The notes below the pieces were generated by a model. It was not told where the DNA came from, ran no database searches, and worked only from the letters and a program-made list of their open reading frames with translations. The position numbers and the translations under genes are program-made. DNA of 63,471 nt, counting the filler, from Rhabdomonas costata (taxonomy: Eukaryota): the NCBI GenBank assembly GCA_019059605.1. It is 35 parts of 35 records of this genome, joined end to end, with 100 filler letters (N's around TTAATTAATTAA, not from the genome) between each part and the next. Parts side by side here need not be neighbours in the genome. Positions count along the whole stretch, not along the records: positions 1 to 1,716 come from JAHMHO010010136.1; positions 1,817 to 3,534 come from JAHMHO010010137.1; positions 3,635 to 5,352 come from JAHMHO010010138.1; positions 5,453 to 7,169 come from JAHMHO010010139.1; positions 7,270 to 8,986 come from JAHMHO010010140.1; positions 9,087 to 10,802 come from JAHMHO010010141.1; positions 10,903 to 12,619 come from JAHMHO010010142.1; 28 more parts are not named here. One strand, given 5' to 3'. Positions 1-12,430 of this stretch are shown here, in pieces; position 1 is the stretch's first letter, and the number at the start of each line of letters is the position of its first letter.

Positions 1-8
1 GTGTTGGG

Positions 9-141
9 GGTCTCGTCACGAAACCGCCCACCAAGCAAGCAAGCAAGCAAGCAAGGAACCATGCAGTTCAGCCCTTCTGCATCACGGCATGGTTCCTTGC
101 TTGCTTGCTTGCTTGCTTGGTGGGGGTTTCGTGACGAGACC
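9..141. repeat. Contig-terminal inverted repeat containing (GCAA)n
   Basis: Arms 9-64 and 87-141 are near-perfect reverse complements. Confidence 0.9.
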
Positions 142-720
142 TTCATCACCCTTAACAGGTGAGCAACGCATTTAAGCGCACCACTTTTCACAGCACACTT
201 CGCCAACACGAGCACGTTCACGTGATAGATTTTCCCCATCTTCCCACCTCAAGCGTAAAAGCTGCCTTACCAATGCAGAAGAAAGCGAAACCTAAGGTGC
301 GGACAGCCATCGAATGTCAAATGACATCCCGATTCCCGAGCCTCCTTCCCCAGAATAGAAACAAGAGATTATAAATCGGAGCTCAAAAAGAGGGAAATCA
401 ACCACAAAGCGCAGCACTCTAATAGTAGGAGAGGAAAGAACGGAGCCACTCGCTCCGGAAATACCAGCTGGAGATCGACTACAGAAACCATACCATATCG
501 CACGAAAATATAATCAAGCCCTCGATGCAACACTAGAGCAGTATCGATACCACGCAGAGCTTCAGCTGCTGAGTAACCTAAATTATCTCGAAACTCCGAT
601 AGAACGATGTGCATTACCATATAAGATTATGTATTGCCCCCCCCTCCTCCTCCGGCTTTCCATCGGGTCCTTATTATTCTGCTCACCGAAGAGGGGCTTT
701 TGTTCCCTTTCTGTGTGTAG

Positions 721-1262
721 GAAATCGCCGCCCTGCCTGTGCTGTCTTCATTCGACGCGGAGCGGCTGCGCTTCGGGTTCTTGGGCATCACGCAGTACCA
801 GAATGGAAACTGGAACCAGGAGGCCAGCCAGTTTGGCAGTGGCCTTGGAGGTGGCTTCGCTTCCCAGGCCTCCGTGGCTCCCTCGGCGATGATGTCCCAC
901 ATTGCGAAGGCAGGAAGCTTCTCAGGAATGGTGGATGGTGTGCTGGCGATGTTCAAGCCCTGGACGGCGTTGTCTGAGGCAGACAAGCTTCGCCGCCTAT
1001 TTACGCTGGACGATCCCTCGTTCTTTAAGCTAAGGTTGGCGCCCGCCTCGTGTCAAAATTACCCTTTTCCATTGCGGTTCTGCTACTCAATCGCCATCTA
1101 TGTTGCTAATTGCTTGTTCTTAGGCTACATTTACGTTACGCGTGATGATTTTTGAGTGGTTACCTTACCTTTTTCAGGAAGATCTGGATTGTTCTGGACG
1201 GTACTCCCCAGTTGGTTACCGACGAGAATTGTCACTTGTTCTTTACCAACTTCTACTCTTCG
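721..1262 (+). CDS. Internal exons of an unknown protein (about 721-1034 and 1178-1262)
   Basis: A GT-AG intron at 1035-1177 joins ...DDPSFFKLR|KIWIVLDGTPQLVTDENCHLFFTNFYSS in frame, followed by a GTATGT donor. Confidence 0.5.
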
Positions 1263-1716
1263 GTATGTGGTGCGAAGCCAACAGTAGAGGAATCCTTTAC
1301 CCACTCATAGGGATGAACGGGATGCCATTCTGTAAAGGACCATGAAACCCCGGAAACTCAATGGGTATTGAATGGGTATTTCGGTGGCATCCATCACATG
1401 CAGCCTGAGAGGTTGTAGGAACTTCATTCCGAGATCGAAGGAAGCCTGATAAAATCCACTCGCACCTTTCGCATAGCACCATTCCAGATTTCTGAGGTGG
1501 TCACAACGTCCCACCTTGACCAGGTGCCCAGGTTCTGTTTCTAGCCAACGTGTGGAGAAAAATGGGTGTTAATTATATTAATAGTATCCCAACCCTTACC
1601 ACGTCGTCCTTCCTTTTTGCCTGTGTTGCTGTGTTGCAGCGCACTCCCATACTTCCCACATTTTATAAACACAGATTGAACCGGAAAAAAGGACGTCCTC
1701 CGCGAAACAAAAACAC

Positions 1717-1816
1717 NNNNNNNNNNNNNNNNNNNNNNNNNNNNNNNNNNNNNNNNNNNNTTAATTAATTAANNNNNNNNNNNNNNNNNNNNNNNNNNNN
1801 NNNNNNNNNNNNNNNN
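1717..1816. other. Artificial contig spacer N44-TTAATTAATTAA-N44 (first of 34, recurring about every 1.8 kb)
   Basis: Identical 100-bp block between all 35 contigs. TTAATTAATTAA puts a stop in all six frames. Confidence 0.98.
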
Positions 1817-2359
1817 GTGGTTTTGGCTTCGGCTACGAAGGGGAGGCTGCTCAGGGCTCTTCTGAGCTTTGGGGTCACTGGCTCCTGCCGGGTGAACCTG
1901 GATCAACCCACGTATGGGCGGATGCAGCGGACATACACTTTACCATGCTTCCAAGAACTTTTTATGAATATCGACATTAAATTTCTGTTTACCACTTGCC
2001 TATCCGTCTCCCGTATTGAACGCATCAGCGACTTCTCCCATTCCGCCTATACTCTCTTTTCTCTCTCTTTGGGTGAGGAAATGTGGAAATGAGTGGTGGA
2101 GCAGGAGCTCGGGTCCCACCAGAGCCGGATCCTTGATGATAACACTCTCTAAATTAAGGGGGAGAGAGAATCCCCACTTAGGCTCGTAGAGGCTGTGTGG
2201 TGGGCAGCACGGGCTGCAGCCTCTGGTAGTCTCTCTCTCTCTCTCTTCGCACTGACCCTTCCACTCCGATGTCCACTGCTTCATCGGCACCGGATTTTGA
2301 AGATGTTCCGGATTTACGCCTGCCCCACATGTCTCCCCTCCAACTGTACAGTTCTCTCG

Positions 2360-2640
2360 TACTTCGGTGCACTCCTCTCCTCTTTGTTTCTGTGCGGCTG
2401 GTGTGTGCCCCGGACACCATAATTTTGGTACCGGGAATGATTGGTTCCGGAAATGATGCCCCGGACTTTGAACAGTGGACAATGTGACGGTGTGCTTGGT
2501 CTTAGTCGACGTTTAACGGTTTGAAGGAAGAGGGTGCTTCACCACGGCGGGAGAAGGGCGAACCAGTCCATCTTCGCTGGTCACTCGAACATAGGAAGTT
2601 TGAAGCTCATAGGGCTCGCAGTCAACCATCAGTCACTTTC
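2360..2640 (+). pseudogene. Decayed non-LTR retrotransposon C-terminus (CCHC plus restriction-like endonuclease)
   Basis: Across frameshifts and stops: SPLCF/LCGWC/APDTI (zinc knuckle-like), then PD...VLVDV*RFEGRGCFTTA..EK, resembling the REL PD..D/E..K motif. Confidence 0.33.
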
Positions 2641-3746
2641 CTTTTCCTGCGTTTTCGCAGGGTATCCTGGGCTCCATTTCCAAGGATGGTCAGTGTTGCA
2701 TCCCAAACCCCAACACAAGTAGGAGGGGCATACCGGGGCCTTGGGGCTAGCGCTGGTTATGGCCGTGGGGCGGTGCTCGTTCTGAGGCACGTACGGGTGA
2801 AAGGTGTGGGCACTGCGGAACCGTTGCTCCTCCTGATGGAAGAAGCATCGCGTCCCTCTCGACCCATTCGCCTCACCCGATGCCTGCTTTTTTCGTACTG
2901 TATTCCGTTAATGACACATTTCCTGAGCGAACCAAGGGACCACTCAAACCACTTAAACCAAAGGGTGTTAAAGAGCAAAAGAAAGGGAGCCTCAATTGGA
3001 AAACTTTAATTTGGAAAAAAGACCAGATTGTCCTTCTCTTTATTTCTCGTTTTTTGAGACACAGGGTGCAGGAACTCTCTCATCCGCTTTGCTTAAAAAA
3101 TCCTTTGGAAAAATAAAAAAGAGGCAAGACTTCTTCCTCCCCAAGCATAAAATTTCAGTGTGCTCCACTTCCACCAGAACAAGTTTTTGCCCAGAAAATG
3201 GGCTAATTAGTGCAGACGCAAACTTCTCCGGCTAATACTGCAACCTAGAATAAATCGATACGAATAAGTTCATTTCACCCACTCAGGAATTGGTTAATCA
3301 ACGTCGCTTGCCAAGTTTTTTTTAACGGCGTAACTGCACAAGGAAGGAACTCCAAGACAGAAAACTCCATTTGAAATGCCTCATTTTACTCTTTTGGTAC
3401 AACCCTGGTTTTTCCGCCACTTGACCATACATGGCCTTTGGGGTCAACAAGGCATTTCCATTTTGTTCCATTTGTTGTGACCCCACTTTGCACACGTAGT
3501 TTACGAGATTGGTGATCACCGTGGAGGACCCCACNNNNNNNNNNNNNNNNNNNNNNNNNNNNNNNNNNNNNNNNNNNNTTAATTAATTAANNNNNNNNNN
3601 NNNNNNNNNNNNNNNNNNNNNNNNNNNNNNNNNNAGCTTCCATAAAAAATAAAAGTTTCTGTATGGGTTAAGTTCTAAATGCGAGCCCTTAAAAAATGTC
3701 AGGACGATTGTGCCACCCCCAGGTAAAAATTAGTACGTTACGCGAC

Positions 3747-4180
3747 CCTCCATTTTTTCTCCCCACAAGGATGGACCAAAACAACAAACTCGTCGATGCC
3801 GTTGATGCGGGCCACTCCGAGATTCAAATAGTTCATCACCAGGTGGTTGAGTTGGTTGCTGCCCTCCCCCCCCTCCCCCAATGCAGCCACCAGCAACCAG
3901 GGGGGGGATGCACTAGGGGGGAGGGGGCAAGCACAAAGACACAGGTGCTCGCACCAAGTCGTTTTCCCACCAGAACGCTTCCGGCTGGCTGACCTCCGTG
4001 GCAAAGGTGTAGAGGGGGGCAGTTACATTCAGGAAAGGGGGCAGCGCCCGCAGGGTGGTCAGGTTGACGTAGGAGAACTTCATCACGCTGGAGTTGCTCA
4101 TGGTCGGGTCGGGTGTCCTCACCACCATGTACATGGTGTGGTTGTGAGTGTTGGCCACTATGTCCACGTTAAGCCAGGCG
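3747..4180 (-). CDS. Exons of an unknown protein (DIVANTHNHTMYMVVRTPDP...FWWENDL; NYLNLGVARINGIDEFVVL)
   Basis: Coding-like open frames ending at GT donors. No recognised family. Confidence 0.35.
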
Positions 4181-4667
4181 TATATCAGAAACGCGCCCGA
4201 GGCAATGGAGGGGCTTTTTGTACGTATAAGTGTGCGTTCAAACGGGATCGAAGGGAGGCATTGGTCTTCCTAACAGTGGTCACGAAAGGCAGTTGCAAAG
4301 CACAGGGAGCAGGTCTTCCAAACGCACGCGGATGGGTGGTCAAGGCTTCTTTGAGTCGGACCTATAGCACGCGTCTGCACAGCGCTGACCGAAACTCAGA
4401 GCTGCAATGTTAGAATACCGGTAATGGCGTCATAGAAATGAAGACACCCAATCCAACGGCCCAACGGAAGTTGAGGGAGGGGGGAGTGGTACGGGTACCA
4501 CTGGTAACAGAAGATTTTTTTTGTTAAATCAAAAACAAAAAAGGTCGCGTAATGTACGCCAGCACCCTCGTAATGACTTTAATTTTCTACAATAGGGTTA
4601 GATTGTGCCTTCTAGATGACAGTTTTTACTTAGCAGCTGAAAACCAGTGCTGGCCAAGGATCGCAAA

Positions 4668-4800
4668 TGGTTGGGATATGGGTGGACGAATACCACAACA
4701 TTAGTTTAGGCCGGAGCGGACACTGGGGCGAGGACGCGACCTGGGGGGCTGATTCGACATTTTATATACATGCTCCTATAGAAAAAATTCTTACCACTGA
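4668..4800 (+). repeat. Dispersed repeat, copy 1 (shared with 6992-7152)
   Basis: Colinear shared blocks TGGTTGGGATATGGGYGGACGA, GGCCGGAGCGG..CTGGGGCGRGGACGYGACCTGGGG and TTACCACTG. Confidence 0.7.
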
Positions 4801-6991
4801 TTACGGTTAGCAGTGGTGATCATGATTCCCGTTGGAGTGCCACGATTACATACCCGAGGCCATGATAATTGCTTCCTGGTTGTCACCAAAGGTCATGGAT
4901 TCACGTGTAAGTGCCCCTCTGACCTCTGCGAGAGCACCGTCTGAGCGTCCGAGCGTCTGAGCGCTCGGTGATTAAACCCCCCCCTCCCAAAGTCCAAAAT
5001 ATGTGCTGTTCGCCCAGCGACCAGCTGGCGCAAGCAGCTCTGCATATGCCAGTGTGGCCCGCAGTCACCATCGATTGCAAGCCACTCCTGCACCCCTCCC
5101 TCCAGCCTGAACCCTGCACCACTCCTGTTTCCCCCAGTGATCCTCCCTCAGTTTTCCCGGCCATCGCGCGCCTTTTGTTTTGCTGGGTACTTTGGTAGTG
5201 TTTCCGTTTCAATCAGCCACCCAGCATTGCGCCAAGAGCAGAAGCTGCACAGGATGGTGGAAGGGAGTGCGGAGGCAGAGAGGGGCAGAGAAAATCCACA
5301 CAAGGAACTTTTCGACCGTGATGTGCCGACCGTGATGGCAATACCACCAACCNNNNNNNNNNNNNNNNNNNNNNNNNNNNNNNNNNNNNNNNNNNNTTAA
5401 TTAATTAANNNNNNNNNNNNNNNNNNNNNNNNNNNNNNNNNNNNNNNNNNNNTTGTTTGGGAGTGCCCAGACCTGCTGTTCATATGCCATTGGACTCACA
5501 AAACATTGCTGCACCCGTTGTAACGCTTGTTACTGTCCTACTGAAATAAACAATCAAAAGATGATGTCTGCACTTTTCGAGGACCTTCCCGAGGCTCCTA
5601 AGGTGACGTACTACTTCCAGGGCCGCGGGGGCGCCCCTGTGGCAGCCATGCCCGTGGACCCCGACGCCGGCCTGTGAGGTGGTCAGAGCTCCGCCGGAAA
5701 AAGCTCTACCTGGCAAATCGACAACCACACACCAACCCGAAGCATGCCTTGCATACATCTCCTGATGCAAACACCTTCACTATGTCTCTCCCGTGTTGTT
5801 CTCGGAATTGTTTATGATGATGCTGTCTTTGGAAAGGGTTTGTACCCTAAAGGGGTACAAAACCCTCGTTCACGCACGAGAAGAGAGAAGAAGAGAAGAG
5901 AGAGAGAGGATGGGGAGTGGCTTTGAGGTGGGATGAAATGGAAGGCGACGAAGTGAGTGCTTTGAATCGCGCATCGGCCCGTGGGCCTTCAACCTTTCCG
6001 CTCAAGTGTGGTAGCATGTGGACAGGGGGCAGGCTTTGGGAGGAGGCTGTGTGTTCCGGCTGGCAGCTGGAGAGCTCGCACGTTCCACCTGCATTCCCTT
6101 CTCACTGCCCTCCTACCCCAACCCCCGCGCCTTCTCTGTTGATTCTTCCAAGTGCTTAGGTTCTGCTGTGCATGTCCCTTTTCTATCTCTGCCTCTCTTT
6201 TTCTTTCTTACTGACTTTATCTCATGTTAGTGTGGTGTCCGTTTCCACTGGTGCTCCTGGTGGCCTTTGAGACACCCGTTCTACCCGCTACTGGCTACCA
6301 CTCTTCCCTCCTTCTTGTTCCTCTTTGCGGTATGGCAATGTGTTTGCTTGAGTACCAGCGAGAGCCGACCGCTGTGCAAGCCCTGCGCGCGCCGTTCTTC
6401 CGCCACAGCGCGAAAAAAAATAAGTGGGGATCGTCCCATGTATGTGGGCCCTCCCCTCTCAAGTTTGGCGTGGCAGGGCGGTGTGTATGTGTGCATGTTG
6501 AACATTTGAACGACAAAAAGGAGAGCGTTTGCAGAGACCGCAAAGTGGGATGCAATGCTGAAAGCTGAACCCACAACCGCAAAACTCCCTCCAGATGACA
6601 TTCTGTATCTTCTCCTTCGCCTCTACATACATTTTGTTTTCTTGTTTGGTCCATTCCGGCGTGCCTTACATAGAAGGCCCAGCCCCCTCTCCGCGATTCC
6701 CCCCATGTTCTGGGGGTTTCCTTCTGTTGTCGCAGCATAGGCGTGCCTGTGGGGCTGTGCAGATTTGCGACAGTTGGCTCGAGCCTTGTCGCTGACTTTT
6801 GTGGTTCCTGTGATGATGTTCCATTGCGGCCCAATGGAAGTTGGGGGGGGGTAACGGTTTCCAATAATAACCCTAAACAGTGGAAACAGAAAACCGCCTT
6901 AAAACTTTTTGCTAAAATACCTTCAAAAAGCATGCCAATACCTGTACTTTTGAAATGACTTTCTTTTTGTGTTAGGGGGTCAGGTACCCAG

Positions 6992-7152
6992 TGGTTGGGA
7001 TATGGGCGGACGAGTAGGACCGCATTTGTTTAGGGGCGAATGCCAGTGGCGCAGCGGCGCGGCGGGGGCCAGTCCGCGTTGTGGCCGGAGCGGGTGGCTG
7101 GGGCGGGGACGTGACCTGGGGCTCTCACAGAAAAATGTTACCACTGGTAACT
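6992..7152 (+). repeat. Dispersed repeat, copy 2 (shared with 4668-4800)
   Basis: Same colinear blocks on a different contig. Confidence 0.7.
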
Positions 7153-7675
7153 GTTACAACCCCCACCCCNNNNNNNNNNNNNNNNNNNNNNNNNNNNNNN
7201 NNNNNNNNNNNNNTTAATTAATTAANNNNNNNNNNNNNNNNNNNNNNNNNNNNNNNNNNNNNNNNNNNNGTGTGTTGTTACCTTTTCTACAGATAATGTT
7301 TCCTTTGTTTGATTTGGAGGCTTTGTGCGGTGATGAGGGGAATTTGGACGCTGTTCGGGATGGACACTTTCCATTCTGACTTCTGTTTCAAAGGTGGGTG
7401 ATACCTGAAATATACTCAAGAGCAATAGCACCAAAACTTTGTCTGTTTGACTTACTGGGTAAGAGCAATTTTGCTCGTGGTTGTGCCCGGTGCGTCCTGG
7501 GTGGGGAGTTATGGTGGGGTGGTAGATTTAGCCGCCTGGTTCTCTTTCTCCCTGTTTCTTACCAAAAAAAAATCTTTCGCGCTGTGGATTTCTGTGCTAG
7601 CTCCTGGGGCGCCAAGCTCATAGGTGACACCGAATATAACCTCAAGCAAACTCGACCCGGTGACGCCACCCATAC

Positions 7676-7938
7676 CCGGTGCTTCGCAGCGGCACCCGTC
7701 CGCTGCTTCTTCTCTGGCAGCTCGGCGTCCTCGTCGGAGCCCACCGGGGAGGACCCGGGGGGCGATGCGGCGAAGCGCTTCGCTGTCCTCTGGCGGGCCC
7801 GCTCGTGCACCGCCAAAAGCTCGTAGGCGTGGGTGCAGGGCGGAGGGTGTAGCGTGCTGTCCCCTTTCTCCCCCGCTTCTACCCCGACCTCGATTTCCAG
7901 CAGCTGAATCCCCTTCTGCAGCAGAGTGAGCAGCGCAC
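7676..7938 (-). CDS. Exon of a TBL1/SIF2/HOS15-like LisH-WD40 corepressor (N-terminal region)
   Basis: GALLTLLQKGIQLLEIE matches the TBL1-family ALISIIQKGLQYVEAE segment. Bounded by a CAG acceptor and a GTATGG donor. Confidence 0.5.
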
Positions 7939-9379
7939 CTGTGAAGAAACACACATAGGCAGGCAGGCGGGCAGAAAGAGGCTGCGGCAGACGAAGTGCG
8001 GTGTGGTCCGGGGACGGAGGCCACCTGGACTCGCACAGTTGCCGGGGCAGAACCAGAGCCGGGCAACAATGCTTTCATGACATCAGAGGGAATTCACTTA
8101 AACCGACACAGCACTCCCCAAACCTAATCATTAGTCCAACAGGAATTGGCCCCCGTCTTGTGTCCCTGTGAACACTGCTATTTCACCACATTTCGATCCA
8201 TCCAACATGGGTATTGCAACAAAAGCAAACAGTTTTTTTTTTACCTTAAATTCGGATTCTTTTTTGGAGAAAAAGTTGTCCTCCGGATGAAATCACTCAT
8301 CTGGATTCGTGTACAAAGTGGGGCTCACAATAAACGTGCCCGAAGTTGTAATAACACCCTTGGATACGCGCGGATAACCAAGCGTCAAAAGTGCACCCCC
8401 CCCCTCCCAAGGAAACACGTCTTGTGCAGTAGTCGCTGTGCGCAGTTTGAATGAACTCATAAAAAGTTGCCATCCCCACGAACCTGTCTCAGTCACCCAT
8501 TTGTCACTTACGGAAGGCCACTTCGATTGTCAACGAAGACGGGAGGTGTAGGTGCCACAACATCCCCCATCACCATAGGAATACCCGGTGCCGCTTCTTC
8601 TGCAGTTTCTGCTGGTACACTTGCAACAGCCGGTCATATTCCTGCGCGAGCTGGGCAGTCTGAGCCCGAGCCCCGTCATCAGCGATGTCCTCATTGGCAG
8701 GTGGGAGGGGATTTGACGAACACCCTCCTTGCTGGAAAACGATGAAACGATGGGATGATGGGTGCACGGTTCCCTCCAAGAGGTTCTCTCCACAGCCAAG
8801 CAAAGAATACGCTGATCCTCATAATAAAAATCACATCAACAAACCTGTTTAAGCGAATCTTACCATCACCCACTATGTGAGTATTTTGCTGAGTCTCCCC
8901 TACTCGCCTCAATGCATTCGCGCACGCGTGCGATCAACACTGACTCGAAAAATCGTTAACATACACAGGAACACAGGAACACATCANNNNNNNNNNNNNN
9001 NNNNNNNNNNNNNNNNNNNNNNNNNNNNNNTTAATTAATTAANNNNNNNNNNNNNNNNNNNNNNNNNNNNNNNNNNNNNNNNNNNNATCTCTCTTGGTCG
9101 TTCAGCGATGGTTGGGCACCGAAGGGGTGCATTGTAATGTCCTTTTGCCTTTCAGTTTCCTTGGGCATTGCCATGCAGCAGCAGTTCGGACCAGTGATAG
9201 ACTGCGACGTGATGCGGCCTGAAGGCAGGCATGTTGGCATTCGGATAGAGCTTGCCTGGAAGATGCATCAAACATATGGGGACAATCAGAGCCGCTCAGT
9301 TTATCGTCTTCGCTGCAGAATCTCAAAGACATGGTAAAAAAGAATAAGCACTGCGCTTTCTGGTCGCGGCCACTTTTAC

Positions 9380-10530
9380 TAGCGCCTCTGCCACAGCTTC
9401 GGAAATATTCTCCCCGGGTCTGTCAAATCGGTCATCCACTTCCCCAGAAGGCTTCTCTCTGCGTGCTTTTTTCCCTCTTGTTGACGCAGGTCCAATGGTA
9501 TAGGCCGACTGACCTTTTCCAGCGTTAAGAGTGTCGTGGATGCGCTTAATGCCTGCGCAGATGCTGGCGGTGTACTTGATCTGAAAGGATCCCAGGTGTT
9601 GCGAGTGCCCGGTTCGTCACCCAGCTTCCTTGACTTGTTGGTAGATCCGCTCATCCGCACGGCAACCCAGTTTTTCGCCACACCGCTGACTTAGGCGTTT
9701 TTTTTTTTGCCAGATTAAGAGATTAAGGGTATGCCAAGTAACCCCAAACCTTCTCAAGCTTTCCGAATCCTTCGTTCTCTTTCATCCAAGCGTGCAAGAG
9801 ACACTAACTGTGACGTCTCGCGCTATCCAATTGAAGACATTATTCATCCGCGGTAAGGTCCGGATTGCTGAGGTCGTTTTCAAAATATTTCCACTGGCAC
9901 CTCCTTTGCGCCGCTTTTACAGGTGGCGCTGCACCTGGACGTCGAAGTCCCGATGACAACCCGGGTGAAGTGGGAAACCCTTCCCCGCGAGCAGCTTCCG
10001 GACAACTACGGTTTGGTCCCTAGCGGGCTCGCTGATGAGGAAGGGTATGTGTGAACATCCTCCGGTCCTCTGCCCGTTCCCTTACAGCTGAACTGATTCA
10101 TTCCTGTTTGCGGATTCTTTTTGCTTGGAGCGGTCTTCCATTTCAGTGACTTCGGCGTGGTCATCACCAGCGGTGTTCCGACCTTTGTTAAGGGCGACGA
10201 TTACCTCAGGTTTGCTGGCATTACTTCCACTTGAGGTTTACTGTCCACAGCTGATTCACAATGCTTATTACGTCTTGTGACACCTGAGTGATCCTCCACC
10301 TTTTCCATGACAACGGTCGGGTTTGTGCGTGCCCGAAGGCCGCTTCTCACGGACTACCCCACCTTCCGGGAGGCGCACTTCATGGCTTTTGCTGACAGTC
10401 GCCGCGCTCCTCTGATTTACCTCTTGTTTGGTTCGCAGGTGCGCTTTGGTCGCTACTTTTTTCTGTGGTCCGTGTTGGGCATGGGGTCGGAGGGGGGACT
10501 AATTTGGGTTGACCACTTTACCGGTAGCTC
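9380..10530 (+). CDS. Multi-exon unknown protein with an RRM-like segment
   Basis: LCHSFGNILPGSVKSVIHFPR|SNGIGRLTFSSVKSVVDALNAC...GSQVLRV resembles an RRM. Several further short exons are flanked by AG/GT. Exact structure unresolved. Confidence 0.35.
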
Positions 10531-11011
10531 CCGTTTTCTGAGACCCATTTTTCTGCCCACGTTTTGCGATTGGCCTGGGACTGGCGTCTGTTTTTTTTCT
10601 GCGTTCGAGATCCAACCTTTGCGCCCCGGATGACCCTGGTAACTTCGACTCATTTTACATCCGAGCACCGCTGGTGGTTGGTCAACCGAGAGGGAAGTTT
10701 GACTTTACCGCCGCCTTTCCTTTGTAGACTTTTGTTCTCATTGCATGGCTCAGAAATGGGAGGAACATCATGGCACACCCCACCACACCAAACACACCAA
10801 CANNNNNNNNNNNNNNNNNNNNNNNNNNNNNNNNNNNNNNNNNNNNTTAATTAATTAANNNNNNNNNNNNNNNNNNNNNNNNNNNNNNNNNNNNNNNNNN
10901 NNAGAATTTAGTATGTGACATTTCGAACAGAAGTCTTTTTAGCCTATATTTATGCCGGTGGTTCTTCGCGGCATCCTGTGGTGTGCCGTGGTTAAAAAAC
11001 TCTCAGTTTAC

Positions 11012-11248
11012 GGTGTAGCCTGCTATATCATTAGTGATGTTGCCCCCGCCCATCTCCGGGCCCCCGAAGGACTTCATCAGCCCAGGCTTCCGCATTGGGG
11101 GCACAATCTGGAGATAGAAGTGGATCCCGGTGCATCCACCCCCGGTGAGGGCGCTGTGCTGCATCAGCACGTTGGGCATGGGTTGCCCCCACAGACTGTC
11201 CACCCTCCGCAGAGCGGCAAGCAGCACATCAACTAAGGCCTCCACCTC
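11012..11248 (-). CDS. galT: Galactose-1-phosphate uridylyltransferase (GalT/HIT superfamily), C-terminal exon
   Basis: LRRVDSLWGQPMPNVLMQHSA...IHFYLQIVPPMRKPGLMKSFGGPEMGGGNITND matches the GalT C-terminal domain. Polypyrimidine tract plus TAG acceptor at 11249-11251. Confidence 0.75.
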
Positions 11249-12224
11249 CTAAAAATCAGGAAGGTAAGAGAAAGTGAGTGCCAGACGCCCATCTACGTGA
11301 ACATTTGGGCGGGGAAGGTGAAAAATTAAGGGGGGGGGTACAACTGAGTTGAAATGCTTTGCTGTGTATTTCTACAGCAAAAGCAAAAAAAAAAACACGC
11401 ACGATAAAATCGAGCTTTCAGTTTACGGCGTTGCCTGTTATGGATGGGGCAGCGCAGACCTATTATGAGAATGCGGGAGAAACCCAAAACTACTGCCCAT
11501 TTGGTGAAGGGAAGCAACGTGCGGACGCGCACCTAGAACGCAATTCGTTTAGCGCTGCTAAACCTGCCGTGCAGAACGGAGAACGGAGCAATGCGCACCC
11601 CATGAAATGTCCCAACCCCGCAGCACGCTCCGGCCGCGCCGCGGACTAGCCTCCGTGCCTAAAATAATCCTGTCCGATTTGTCTGCCCAGCAGCGGAAAT
11701 TCTAAAAACCCAAAAACCCACGCCAAGCGGTAATGCCCTCCCCTCCGATACAAATTCACCTTGCTCCAAATACGCCCTTCCCCAAGCTTCCCTCAGCTGC
11801 GTGCAACTGTGAAACTTTCAGGTATGTTCGAGCAAGGCGACTCTGCAATGTCAGGAGGGTGCCCCAATGCAAGGACGCCCTCTCTCCCTGGGCAGACCCC
11901 AGTGCATTTAAAATCGAGGAATTTTAGAGAACAGCACAGTTATCGAGATTTTTTGTGCGTGGTGATTTCTCCCTAAATCGAAAGAGTCATTCTTCTGTTC
12001 AGTTTGCTGAATGTGGGTGCCCGAGCAGTAGCTCTGAGCCCTGATTTGTGCACAGCGCTGCAAGAACCCCACACCCAACCCACACGTTCTGTCATGCTCT
12101 TCCTATCGCACGGGCCAGCACAAGTCAACTCAGCTTAGTTTGTTTATCATATCTTATGACGATGCATTTGGTTGCACACAAATGCAGCCGACCCCCCCCC
12201 CCCAAAAAAAAACACGTGCACGAA

Positions 12225-12430
12225 CCAAGTCAAACTCCGTGTACAACTGGCTTACCCAAGAGTCAATCTGATCGTCAAAGTCTCCCTCACTCATCAGGAC
12301 AAAGTCCGCGCCTGAGGTCACCACAAACTCCTGCGCCTCATCATTGCGATCGCTACAAGAGTAGAACTCCGTGATCTCAATGATTCGGTTCAGGCGTTTC
12401 AGCACTCCAGACATCTCCTCCTTGGTGATC
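12225..12430 (-). CDS. Exon of an unknown protein (ITKEEMSGVLKRLNRIIEITEFY...LYTEFDL)
   Basis: Open frame between a CAG acceptor and a GT donor. Confidence 0.35.
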
